Assembly (NCBI GenBank): GCA_001004905.1
Contig: LCRY01000002.1
Location: forward strand, 378,129-442,128
Direction of reading: 5' to 3'
DNA length: 64,000 nucleotides
DNA from: Parcubacteria group bacterium GW2011_GWA1_56_13
Lineage (GTDB): Bacteria > Patescibacteriota > Minisyncoccia > Phycocordibacterales > Phycocordibacteraceae
How positions within the stretch are numbered: position 1 is the stretch's first letter; every line of letters starts with the position of its first letter. The position numbers were made by a program, and so were the translations under genes. Under the pieces are notes generated by a model, which was given only the letters and a program-made list of their open reading frames with translations, was not told where the DNA came from and ran no database searches. This document shows, in pieces, positions 19,742 to 28,653 of this stretch.

Positions 19742-20614
19742 GGACCGAACCAGGCGACCGCCCCGTGAGATAATTGCTCATTATGGTGCACTACGTATAT
19801 GTGCTTAGGGGACCCAAGCAGTTTTACATCGGTTCTACCAATGACCTAAAGAGACGCTTCGAAGAACATTGTTCTGGAATGTCTTTGGCGACGAAAGGAA
19901 GAGGTCCGTGGAAACTCGTGTATTATGAAGCGTCTCTTTCCCGCAAGGGGGTATTTTCGAGAGAACGATATTTAAAAACTGCTTGGGGGAAGAGATATCT
20001 CAAGAAACGTATCAACGATAGTGAGTAGTTATCTCACGGGGAGGAAAGTCCGAACATGCGCCAATTTTGCCTGCCGCAGGCAGTTGCAAAATTGAGCGTC
20101 CCGAACGAGGTGAGGGGCCTATCCCTCGCAAAAGCCTCGGGGCGCTCGATTCTGTAACCACCTTCGGCGGGCAGAATTGACAAACAGGTAGCGGGTAACG
20201 CCCGCCGTCCGGAAACCTTCGATAAAAGACTCGGGTTCGTCCCGAGTCATGTCGAGGGACAAGGACAGAGGTGCCTACAGAGACGCTTGCGAGCGAAAGC
20301 GAGCAGGCGCCCCATGAGATGTCGCCGCAAGGCGGCTATCTCACGGGGCGAGCTCCCAAGTAATTGGGAGGTGCAACGAGCAAATCCTTACCCGCATGCA
20401 AGGCCGTGACCCAGTGGGATAAAACCTCCGAGATTAGTGTTGCATCTCGAGAACCTAACGGATTTCGAGATACTGATTAAAATCGACATGGGTTATCCCA
20501 CGGGTAGTGCCGCTCGAGCTCGCAAGCGATTGCGGGCCCAGATAAATGGTCGTCGCCGATCCTGCAACCACCTCCGGTGGGCAGGACCGGTACAGAATTC
20601 GGCTTATCGGTTCG
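19742..20614 (+). ncRNA. rnpB: RNase P RNA (bacterial type A) with a ~280-nt insertion in P3 carrying a GIY-YIG ORF
   Basis: P4 motifs gGAGGAAAGTCCGaac (20042) and ACAGAAttCGGCTTATCGG (20590) covary (ccgaa/ttcgg). GGTAACGCC P11/12 motif at ~20190. P1 gaccgaacc (19743) pairs with ggttcggtc (20606). P3 stem ccccgtgagataa / ttatctcacgggg brackets the ORF. Confidence 0.8.
19783..20028 (+). CDS. GIY-YIG nuclease family protein (stand-alone, ~81 aa)
   Basis: YVYVLRG...FYIGSTNDLKRRFEEH GIY-YIG motif. Lies entirely between the two arms of the rnpB P3 stem. The ORF track start is TTG 19774. Confidence 0.7.
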   Translation: MVHYVYVLRGPKQFYIGSTNDLKRRFEEHCSGMSLATKGRGPWKLVYYEASLSRKGVFSRERYLKTAWGKRYLKKRINDSE

Positions 20615-20623
20615 GTCTATACA

Positions 20624-20655
20624 AATGCGAAAACCCGCGCTCCTGCGCGGGTTTT
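20624..20655. terminator. hairpin aaaacccgcgc-tcct-gcgcgggtttt (bidirectional terminator candidate)
   Basis: 11-bp stem flanked by A and T runs, right after the rnpB 3' end. Confidence 0.55.
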
Positions 20656-20681
20656 CGCTTATTCTCGACTAAGCGGAGCGG

Positions 20682-20723
20682 CGGGAGTGATTTCGGAGCT
20701 CCGAAATCACTCCCGCCGCCAAG
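20682..20723. repeat. 42-nt perfect palindrome gcggcgggagtgatttcggag|ctccgaaatcactcccgccgc
   Basis: Seen directly. Lies immediately downstream of the RNR stop (20727, minus strand). Confidence 0.7.
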
Positions 20724-20726
20724 CGG

Positions 20727-23114
20727 CTACACTATTTCACACGTCCCTCCTGCGCAGGCGAGTTCCTTCTTCATTTCCGTTTCGTCCTGACGCTCATATG
20801 CATAGAGTTTCGAATAATCGACTTTCGGGAAGCGCTTCATTCGGTCCTCGTAGTCCTCTTTCGTAATGGCCTCGTACGGAGCGAGGCGGTAGACGTGTTC
20901 GGACCGCGGAAGGAACGAAAGGCCGCCGATGATGTCCCAGTTCCTCTGGATCCAGTCAACAACACCGATCCATTCATCTTCGCTTACCGAGACGGTCGCT
21001 GACGGATTATGCTGGGTGTAATTGATTTTGACCTTTTTCCAATACTCGAGCTGATCAAGCGCCGTGAGGTCGTCCTTGAAACGCGCTTCTTTGGAATGGT
21101 CGGGAGCTTTGACCGGGAATTCGAGTACGTAGGTATTCGCCTCTTCCATGGACTGTCCGACTTCCGGGTACAGCGGCACTCCTTGGTCGCGCATCATTTT
21201 GAAGAGAGAATCGGTCGCGCTAATACGCACGCGGCGAATGTAATACGGCGCGTGGCGCGGATGGATGCCCGACGCGCAGTTGAAGGTCTGCGAGACAGTG
21301 CCCGAGGGCTTGACCGCCGTTACCGCCATCGATCGCTCGATGCCGAAGCGCTTCGCGTACGTCGCGTTCGTCTTGTCCGCCATGTCGCGGACCTTGCGCA
21401 TCACCTCCGCCTGGCGCGCGACCGGCGAGTCCCACTGCCCCGTTATCGAGACGCCGAGAAGCCGTTCCGCGGCGCAATGTTCCGTCCATTCCTTTGATAT
21501 GTAGCTGAATTTTGTCAGCGTCGATTGGTATGTACCGAGAATCGCGGCGAGGCGGGCTTTTCGGATGAGCGATGCTTCCGTGTCACCGGCGCGCGCGATG
21601 ACCTCGGAGAGATTGCAGAACTGTTTCGACTGGAGAATGATCTCGGCGCAGGGATTCGTGCCGATTGGGCCGTGCACGACGCCGTCGTCGCCGATGAAGC
21701 CGACTTTCCTAAAATAATCCACACGGCGCTTCGGAAGCGTTACCGCGAGCGAGCCGCGGTTGAAGATGCCGCGCTCTCCCGCGCCACTCTTCATAAGCGC
21801 GACCCATTCATCCATAAGCTGGGCATTCGTCGGCTGGGTTTCGTAGACCGCGGAGTTATTCGCGACCGAGCGGTGAGGATCGGTCATGTAAAATTGGCCC
21901 TTCTTGGCGTCGCGCATCTCGACATCGTCGAGGTCGGAGAGTGAGATCATCGCGGTACGGCGCACGCCGCCGGCGACCACGCATTCGCCGATCTTACAGA
22001 TAATGTCGTGCGCATCAATGGCGCGCAGACGCCGTCCTTGGCGCTTCAGTATCCTCTCGCGGGCAAACGCGAGGAGAGATTTAAGCGGTTCCGGACCGGA
22101 CGCCTTGCCGCCCATCGTCTTCAGCCGCGCGCCTGCGGGACGGATGCCTGAAAAATCGAAGGTGATGTCTTTTCCGGAATACCAGGTCTTGAGACCGAGC
22201 GTGAGCGCGTCGCACCATCCCTCTTTCGAGTCCGGAATGACATACGTCGGCAACATTTTCCCCGACTGCTTCATGATCTGCGGGAGCTGTTCTATATTTT
22301 GGCTCTCTACAGCGAACCCGACGCCGCATCCCTGCATGGAGAGATACATTATCTCCGCGAAGTCCTCGAGCTTCACGGGCGCCGTGAACGTGCAATTGTA
22401 GGCGCACGTGTTACAGCGACGAGCCGCTTCCCCGGCGAACTGCATGAGGCGCATTGATGGCATCACTTCCTGTTTCAAAATACCCATGCGCACTTCGGCA
22501 TACTCTTTTTCGGTGAGCTTGTCGCCAAGATTCTCGCGCATGAAGCTGACGTAGCGGTCAACCGTCTCTATCCACGTTTCGCGACGCCCTTCTTCCGGTA
22601 TCCATTTCGCGTATGTGCGCAAATATACGAATTCACCGAGCGCGTTGCCTTCAAAATATTTTTTACTCTCTTCCGAAAGCTTTTTTACATGCGCCGGCAC
22701 TTCCACATGCGCCGCGCGCAACTGTGCGCGCTTGTCGCGGTAGAGAATATACGCCTTCGCCGTCTTCACGTAATCATTCAGGATGAGATATTTCTCCACC
22801 GAGTCCTGCGTGCCTTCAACTGTGGGGAGAAAACTCCTGTACCGCTTCGAAAATCGCGCGAGTTCGCCCACGACCTGGTGCGCGATGAGATTCGCATCGT
22901 CCTGACTGCCCTCTCCTGCCGCAGCCATTGCCTTCCACACGGCGGCGGCGATCTTATCGAAATCGAATGGGACCAATCGCCCGTCCCGCTTCTCGATTTG
23001 CGGGATTATTTCTCGATACCGGCGTGTTTCTTTGGAAACCGGAGGCACCGCGACCTCTGCAACCGGAACAACCGGCACTTTTACACGGACGGAATCTTTG
23101 GCGACTTTGGACAT
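20727..23114 (-). CDS. ribonucleotide reductase, class II-like (adenosylcobalamin-dependent) with N-terminal ATP-cone
   Basis: ATP-cone IEKRDGRLVPFDFDKI, large RNR barrel, C-terminal Cys pair CAGGTCEIV. No glycyl-radical motif. Confidence 0.6.
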   Translation of the reverse strand: MSKVAKDSVRVKVPVVPVAEVAVPPVSKETRRYREIIPQIEKRDGRLVPFDFDKIAAAVWKAMAAAGEGSQDDANLIAHQVVGELARFSKRYRSFLPTVEGTQDSVEKYLILNDYVKTAKAYILYRDKRAQLRAAHVEVPAHVKKLSEESKKYFEGNALGEFVYLRTYAKWIPEEGRRETWIETVDRYVSFMRENLGDKLTEKEYAEVRMGILKQEVMPSMRLMQFAGEAARRCNTCAYNCTFTAPVKLEDFAEIMYLSMQGCGVGFAVESQNIEQLPQIMKQSGKMLPTYVIPDSKEGWCDALTLGLKTWYSGKDITFDFSGIRPAGARLKTMGGKASGPEPLKSLLAFARERILKRQGRRLRAIDAHDIICKIGECVVAGGVRRTAMISLSDLDDVEMRDAKKGQFYMTDPHRSVANNSAVYETQPTNAQLMDEWVALMKSGAGERGIFNRGSLAVTLPKRRVDYFRKVGFIGDDGVVHGPIGTNPCAEIILQSKQFCNLSEVIARAGDTEASLIRKARLAAILGTYQSTLTKFSYISKEWTEHCAAERLLGVSITGQWDSPVARQAEVMRKVRDMADKTNATYAKRFGIERSMAVTAVKPSGTVSQTFNCASGIHPRHAPYYIRRVRISATDSLFKMMRDQGVPLYPEVGQSMEEANTYVLEFPVKAPDHSKEARFKDDLTALDQLEYWKKVKINYTQHNPSATVSVSEDEWIGVVDWIQRNWDIIGGLSFLPRSEHVYRLAPYEAITKEDYEDRMKRFPKVDYSKLYAYERQDETEMKKELACAGGTCEIV

Positions 23115-23201
23115 ACCGGGACGATGGAATTAGAAATAATAACGCGGCTCGTAATGCAATTAAGTGTACCCTCCCCGTGCAAAAAAGCCCTGTGGACAGC
23201 G

Positions 23202-23660
23202 TTATTTTGAAACGCCCGGTGGGATTTTCAATAGGAGCAAAGTACCCGTCGCGATGGAGTAGGCCTCTGCGAAGCCGGAAGCGGTTTCAAGGACATAGCG
23301 CGCGGGGACCGCAGGATAAAAGACATTTGGGTAGGAAGACGTCGCGACGTGGGAGGCGATAGAGACGACTTGTCCTTGAGCATTGAGCCAGAAGATGTCT
23401 ATGGGCACGAGCATATCCTTCATCCAAAAGCCGTATAAACCGTCGCTTGGAAAAACGAAGAGCATGCCGTAATCACCTGGTATGTTATTTCGCCCGGCAA
23501 GGCCTCTCTCCTGCTCCGCTTCCGTTGTCGCATACTCAACCCTCAAGGACACGCCACCAAATTCTCCGGTTGCGGGCTGTCGTACGAGGCCTGTCCTATA
23601 GAAAGAGAAGGTTGCCACGCCGGCGATTACTACGAAAATACCGAAACCGAGACGTTTCAT
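23202..23660 (-). CDS. DUF192-family secreted/periplasmic protein
   Basis: ATG 23660 (MKRLGFGIFVV... signal/TM) abuts the tRNA-Ser 3' end. The ORF track start 23720 runs through the tRNA. Confidence 0.5.
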   Translation of the reverse strand: MKRLGFGIFVVIAGVATFSFYRTGLVRQPATGEFGGVSLRVEYATTEAEQERGLAGRNNIPGDYGMLFVFPSDGLYGFWMKDMLVPIDIFWLNAQGQVVSIASHVATSSYPNVFYPAVPARYVLETASGFAEAYSIATGTLLLLKIPPGVSK

Positions 23661-23661
23661 T

Positions 23662-23752
23662 TGGGCGGAGAGGGCGAGATTCGAACTCGCGGTGGGGTTT
23701 CCCCCACGCATGCTTTCCAAGCATGTCCTTTAGACCACTCAGGCACCTCTCC
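23662..23752 (-). tRNA. tRNA-Ser(GGA), long variable arm, CCA encoded
   Basis: RC: ggagagg tgcctgagtggtctaaagg, anticodon stem/loop catgc-ttGGAaa-gcatg, extra arm, T-arm gcgagttcgaatctcgc, cctctcc gcca. Confidence 0.85.
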
Positions 23753-23799
23753 GGATGCGCTCTGTTATATCAGAAAAGAAGGGCCTGCGCCCGCTGTTT

Positions 23800-25233
23800 T
23801 TATTGCTCGAGTTCGGCATCGAGCTCGCGGTTGAGCACGTGCTCGGATTCGCTCAGCAGTTTTTGCAAGCGGTTCGCGAGCCGCTCTTCCTCGACCGTGA
23901 GATTCCGTTTGGATTTCAGATCTTCGAGCGCCCTGATCTCGGACGTGATGGAACTACGCAATTCGTTAAATTGCCGATGGACGAGGATGTGCATGCGGTC
24001 TTCCTTGTTCACGACGCGGCGACGGAATGTATGGAACCGATGCCAGAGATACCACGCGACGGCAGAGAGCATGGCGAGTGCGGCGAGCGCGAGCAGGATA
24101 AGCGCGAGGTAGTTCGCGATGAGCCACGCAAGTGCGCCCCATGACGGTGTTTCCGCGCCGCGCTGTCCAGTGGAAGTGAATTGCTGACTTGCGGCGACCG
24201 AATTTCCGGCTTTGTCGTACACCGTGACCGAAAGCGTGTGCGTTCCCGCATCTCCTGCGGGTAGCGCGTACACGTCACCCCCTTCGGATGCGCTTACGGT
24301 CGTATCGGCGCCGTCGACGGACAGGACGTAGTGGTCGATGCCGGAAAGCGCGTCGGTCGCCGCAAATTCGACGGCGATGGTCGACGTCGCGGTCGCCGCC
24401 CCGTTCGGGAACGTGATGACGAGCGGGTCAGGCGGCTCCGTGTCGATCTGTATGCGGAATGTGGCGACCTGCCCCCAGCCGTCCGCCCCCTTCTCGCGCA
24501 CATGGAAATACCAAATGCCGTCGCCGAGCTGAAGCTCCTTGTGTGAAATGGGCTCGTCATAGAGGACGCCCGGCGTGCCGTCGGCATTCGTATCGTAGCC
24601 AAGACGTACCGCGGAGACGCCCTGCGCATTCGTCCAGTCGAGCACGACGTTCGAGCGGCTGTACCACTTCGTTTGATCGGGGTGTGTTGAGGAGGTAATG
24701 CGCGCGAGAAGCGGTGACTTTTCGACCGTCGGAGCGGGTACAGGTGCCGCGGAGGTGCTGATGGTAACGGTGGAGGGGTTCGCTCCGGTCAGTATGTTCG
24801 TACCGTTACCATCGTTCGCCAGGACCGCCGATGAGGTGAAATAAACGGTCGCCGTCCCTTCTTTTTTGGCCAAAAAGCGGATGGAGAAAACGGTGCCGGT
24901 GCCGGCAAAGCCGGGATTCGGGACAACGCCACTCCATTGCACGGAACCGGCGAGGTTGGAAAACGTCGGTTCCTGCACCCAGAGCGACAGCACCGAATTC
25001 GCCTTCGAGACGGAGGCGATGGAAAGAAGGTTTGTGGGGAAAGAGACGGTGCCCGAGATCGCGTTCAGTGCCTGATCGACGCTCGCGACGGTGACGGAAA
25101 CAGTGACCTGCTGTCCGGCGGCGACCGAGACGCTCGCGGGAACGATATTGAGCGACGCGGCGTGCGCCGCCGGCCCGGAGATGAGCAGCGCAACAATAGA
25201 GATGCCTATACGCAAACGTATCGATGCCAGCAT
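23800..25233 (-). CDS. cohesin-domain surface protein with C-terminal TM anchor and coiled coil
   Basis: Signal peptide, then LNIVPASVSVAAGQQVTVSVTV cohesin-like beta-sandwich start, SGIDHY motif, TM LAWLIANYLALILLALAALAML, charged helical tail. Confidence 0.5.
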   Translation of the reverse strand: MLASIRLRIGISIVALLISGPAAHAASLNIVPASVSVAAGQQVTVSVTVASVDQALNAISGTVSFPTNLLSIASVSKANSVLSLWVQEPTFSNLAGSVQWSGVVPNPGFAGTGTVFSIRFLAKKEGTATVYFTSSAVLANDGNGTNILTGANPSTVTISTSAAPVPAPTVEKSPLLARITSSTHPDQTKWYSRSNVVLDWTNAQGVSAVRLGYDTNADGTPGVLYDEPISHKELQLGDGIWYFHVREKGADGWGQVATFRIQIDTEPPDPLVITFPNGAATATSTIAVEFAATDALSGIDHYVLSVDGADTTVSASEGGDVYALPAGDAGTHTLSVTVYDKAGNSVAASQQFTSTGQRGAETPSWGALAWLIANYLALILLALAALAMLSAVAWYLWHRFHTFRRRVVNKEDRMHILVHRQFNELRSSITSEIRALEDLKSKRNLTVEEERLANRLQKLLSESEHVLNRELDAELEQ

Positions 25234-25248
25234 ATATTATATATGGGC

Positions 25249-26109
25249 TTAGAAAGTCCTTCGACGGGCCCGACCGATATACCAGAACCCCGCCAACACC
25301 ACTAGGATACCCCAAACAGGCCATTCCCGGGGACGAAGCAAGTTCGTGCGGTGGACAACGCTTATGCGCGCGTTCCCCGCCCGGTCGACGGCTTTTACGG
25401 ACACACCGCTTGTAAGATACTGGTCGCGGATGAGGAAGGGGCTTTCCGCGCGCTCCCATGAGGACGGCCAGGGCAAGCGGGTTTCCGCGACTTCATAATG
25501 GTCAATGCCGGAACCCTTGTCGACGGCGGAGAAGACGACGTACGACAGCCCGCCAAAGGTCTCCTGGTCGCTTCCGAGCGACGCGATAAACGGTTCCGGC
25601 GGAAAAGTGTCCACCGGTTCGGTGTACGTACTCGTTGCATTCGCGGCAACAGTAAGCAGGAGCGGCGGCGCGGTCGCCTGCTCGTTCGTCCCCTCTCCGT
25701 CGTTTTGGAGCACGCGTATGTCCGCCAGTACAAGGCGCGTGTCTCCGATGGCGGCGGTATTGAATATCACGCTGAAGAGTTTTTTCGAGTCGCCAGAGAA
25801 TCCGCCGGGAGTGGCGCCTGCGAACGCGACGGTCCCGTTGTCGAGAGTCGGGTGTGTTATCCACATGCTTATAATCGAGTTCCCGTCGTCGACGGCGACA
25901 GGGGCAAGTAGGTCCGACGGGAATCGAAGCGTACCGGAGAACGCGTTTACTGGCGTGTCGCTTCGTATCGACACGGTTATTTCAACGAGCTTGCCGACGC
26001 CCGGATGCGTCGGATCGGCGGAAAGCGACAGTGTCGCGGCCACCGCGGCAAGCGGTAGGGCAAGGAGGGCGAACGGAACGATGGTATACATCAATTTCTT
26101 CATATTCAC
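25249..26109 (-). CDS. cohesin-domain surface protein (paralog of 23800..25233) with C-terminal TM anchor
   Basis: Signal peptide MNMKKLMYTIVPFALLALPLAAVA, VGKLVEITVSIRS cohesin-like start, SGIDHY motif, C-terminal TM. Confidence 0.5.
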   Translation of the reverse strand: MNMKKLMYTIVPFALLALPLAAVAATLSLSADPTHPGVGKLVEITVSIRSDTPVNAFSGTLRFPSDLLAPVAVDDGNSIISMWITHPTLDNGTVAFAGATPGGFSGDSKKLFSVIFNTAAIGDTRLVLADIRVLQNDGEGTNEQATAPPLLLTVAANATSTYTEPVDTFPPEPFIASLGSDQETFGGLSYVVFSAVDKGSGIDHYEVAETRLPWPSSWERAESPFLIRDQYLTSGVSVKAVDRAGNARISVVHRTNLLRPREWPVWGILVVLAGFWYIGRARRRTF

Positions 26110-27419
26110 TATCCGGTCCAGTGGGACACGAGGATTGAAACATCGCGCAGGTCGACGGCTCCGTCGCCGTTCAGATCCGCCTTAAACCCGGCACCCGAGA
26201 GCGGCCGCCGATACCAATAGAGCATCATTGAGAAATCGATAAGGTTCACGCGACCGTTGTTATTCAGGTCGCCGATTAGTTTTTGCTGTTTCAATTTGGA
26301 AATATTTTCGTCCCCGACGAGAAAGCTAACCGATGCTCCGGAACTGCTTATTTCGTTCACGAACACCGACTTTGCCTGGGCAAGGTGGCTGCCGAGGTCG
26401 AGGACGGAACTGTCGAGATTGAAGAGATAGGCGCCGACGCCGTCCGTGGGCGTTTTAAAGAAGAGGCCGGCGTCGGAATGGACGGCGATGGTGACGGCCG
26501 AACCCGGATACGACTGGCCGAAAATGGCGATGTTGTCTCCCTGCTTCACCTCGCTTTTGTCAACATCAATGGTCGGCGCGATGAATATGCCGCCGACGGT
26601 CGTCGTATTGCCGGACGTCACCGCGGTCGGGAATGAGACCATGCTCGACCGGTTCCCCGCAGTGTCTTCGCTATAGAGCGAAAATATGTAGTCACCGGTC
26701 GAAAGTCCCGAGATCATGACCTGGAAATTCGCCTTGCTGTCTGCGGTAGTGATGGCAGCTACCTGCGCATCCTTAAGCACCGTCACACTGCTTCCCGGAT
26801 ACGCCCGACCGGAAAGCACTACCGACCCTCCGCCCACCGTCGTGATGCTTCCGCCTCCGCCTCCTCCCCCGCCGCTTGAAGCGGGCGTCGCCGACACCTG
26901 CGTCGAGGTCGCGATGACGTTCCCGACCCCGTCAAGAACGCGTACGATGAAATAGTACACGGTGCCGTTCGTAAGGCCCGTTATGGTACTTGAGAGAGAG
27001 CTTGTGGGAGACGTGTACGCATACGGACCGCCGGATACCGCCGCTTCCCCCACCGTGTAGTTCGTCGGGTTCCAGCCGAGGAACCCTTGCGATGCCGTCC
27101 AGGAAAGAGCGACTTGCGCGTTGCCGACGGTTGCGCTCACGACGGGCGTGGTCGCATACGGGAACGCGAAAAAGCCAGCGGTTTCGGTAAACGACGCGGA
27201 TGAGCTGGTGCCTACCGCCGTTCCGGATATCTCGCCGTACAACTTGAAGCTCGCCGATGCGCCGTAACCGCCGGCGCTCATGACGGGATTGAGTGATCGG
27301 TAGTTGGCGGAGGTGAATTCGTCCGCGGACGCGCTTCCTGCGGCGATGAAAAGAGCGATACCGAGAACCCCGAGCCACGGAAAGAGATTGCGCCGGGTTG
27401 GGAAAGAGCCGAAACTCAT
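26109..27419 (-). CDS. secreted FN3-domain protein with C-terminal type I dockerin
   Basis: Signal peptide, poly-Gly linker, two dockerin Ca-binding repeats DLNNNGRVNLIDFSMML and DLNGDGAVDLRDVSILV at the C-terminus. Confidence 0.55.
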   Translation of the reverse strand: MSFGSFPTRRNLFPWLGVLGIALFIAAGSASADEFTSANYRSLNPVMSAGGYGASASFKLYGEISGTAVGTSSSASFTETAGFFAFPYATTPVVSATVGNAQVALSWTASQGFLGWNPTNYTVGEAAVSGGPYAYTSPTSSLSSTITGLTNGTVYYFIVRVLDGVGNVIATSTQVSATPASSGGGGGGGGSITTVGGGSVVLSGRAYPGSSVTVLKDAQVAAITTADSKANFQVMISGLSTGDYIFSLYSEDTAGNRSSMVSFPTAVTSGNTTTVGGIFIAPTIDVDKSEVKQGDNIAIFGQSYPGSAVTIAVHSDAGLFFKTPTDGVGAYLFNLDSSVLDLGSHLAQAKSVFVNEISSSGASVSFLVGDENISKLKQQKLIGDLNNNGRVNLIDFSMMLYWYRRPLSGAGFKADLNGDGAVDLRDVSILVSHWTG

Positions 27420-27423
27420 GAAG

Positions 27424-28608
27424 CTATGGTGTCGTGTTGGACGCCGTATCTATTGTCATGGACGAGATGTCGGTGGTTTCAGATGTTGTCACGGCCGGGT
27501 CCACGACCGTGACGGTGCGCGAGGCACTCGTGGTGTTTCCCGCCGCATCAGTGGCGGAGTAAGTCAGGGTATAGAGCCCTGCGACAGCAGTATCGACCGT
27601 GCCCGATACAGTTATATGTGCCGTGAGGTCGTCGTCCACGTTGTCGGCGGCGGTCGCGCCGGGGTCGGTCCAGGTATCGCCTTTGTTGAGTTGCATCGCG
27701 GCATCGCCGTTTAGGGTCACGATTGGCGGCGTGCCGTCGGGTGATGAACTCGTCGAACCATCGCCCGAGGACACGGTGGTCGTTGCGGTTTCGGGTGGCG
27801 TGGAGGATGCTGTCGTGCTCGTAGAAGGCGTCGAGGTCGCGATCGTTTCCCCTCCGGTTCCCGATGAGGTGGTCGTAGTCGCCATTTCCTCCTGCGAGGG
27901 TCCCGGTGAAGACGCCGCTGTTGACGCTTGTGTCGGTTGCCTTTGCGTTGTCGTGTCCGTTGTTTGCGTGGTCTGCGCGACCTGCGCAGGTCGTTCCGGA
28001 TCGATGATAGGAGCGACCGGTGCCCCGACGTTCGACGTGTCCCCCGCGGCCGCCGCGACGGCGGCGGTTTCCGGCACAACCGGCGTGTATCCTTCGATAG
28101 TTCCATTCCTCGCATTCAGCATCCTTCCCACGAGACCCGAGTATTCCACGGCGACGACCTTTCCCGACTCCCCTTTTCCTTGTTCCAGTTTCTGCACCCG
28201 CTTCAGGTATGTTAATTCGTCTTTCACGTTATCACTCAATTCTTTGGTCACATGGAGGCCGAGATCCTTCCCTTCGAGACTCGCCTTGCTCACGGTCAGG
28301 ATTTTTTCGACGAACAGCGTCCGCCAAACACTGTCTTCGACCGCGAGCGTGCGGTAGGAATACGCTACGTAGTAATTCTTCTCATCGTCGGTGACGGCGT
28401 TGATGCGCAGGCCGAAATCGAAATTATCCAGATTGGCGGTGATGATGACGTGATTGTCGACTGATACCACCACCTCCTTGCTTGAGTACACAGCATCGCG
28501 CACTTGCGGACTCGCGGCATACGCGGCGCCGGAGCCGAGAAAGAGGACTCCGAGCGCTACCGTGAAGGCATTGTTGTATTTGATGAACCGAAGAACACGC
28601 TCCAGCAT
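27424..28608 (-). CDS. secreted protein with Thr/Ser-rich linker and C-terminal Ig-like (DUF5011-type) domain
   Basis: Signal peptide, low-complexity TTQTTDTTTQ linker, C-terminal LTAHITVSGTVDTAVAGLYTLTYSATDAAGNTTSASRTVTV. Confidence 0.45.
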   Translation of the reverse strand: MLERVLRFIKYNNAFTVALGVLFLGSGAAYAASPQVRDAVYSSKEVVVSVDNHVIITANLDNFDFGLRINAVTDDEKNYYVAYSYRTLAVEDSVWRTLFVEKILTVSKASLEGKDLGLHVTKELSDNVKDELTYLKRVQKLEQGKGESGKVVAVEYSGLVGRMLNARNGTIEGYTPVVPETAAVAAAAGDTSNVGAPVAPIIDPERPAQVAQTTQTTDTTTQRQPTQASTAASSPGPSQEEMATTTTSSGTGGETIATSTPSTSTTASSTPPETATTTVSSGDGSTSSSPDGTPPIVTLNGDAAMQLNKGDTWTDPGATAADNVDDDLTAHITVSGTVDTAVAGLYTLTYSATDAAGNTTSASRTVTVVDPAVTTSETTDISSMTIDTASNTTP

Positions 28609-28653
28609 GAGTCCAGTATAGCGCGAAGCGCGCCCGCAAACGGCTTCTGTGCA

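Noticed and set aside
23115-23200. Looked for a cobalamin riboswitch or NrdR box upstream of the class II-like RNR
   Set aside because: No B12-box (GCCACTG-like) or NrdR-box palindrome is visible in the 86-nt leader. Too short for a B12 riboswitch.
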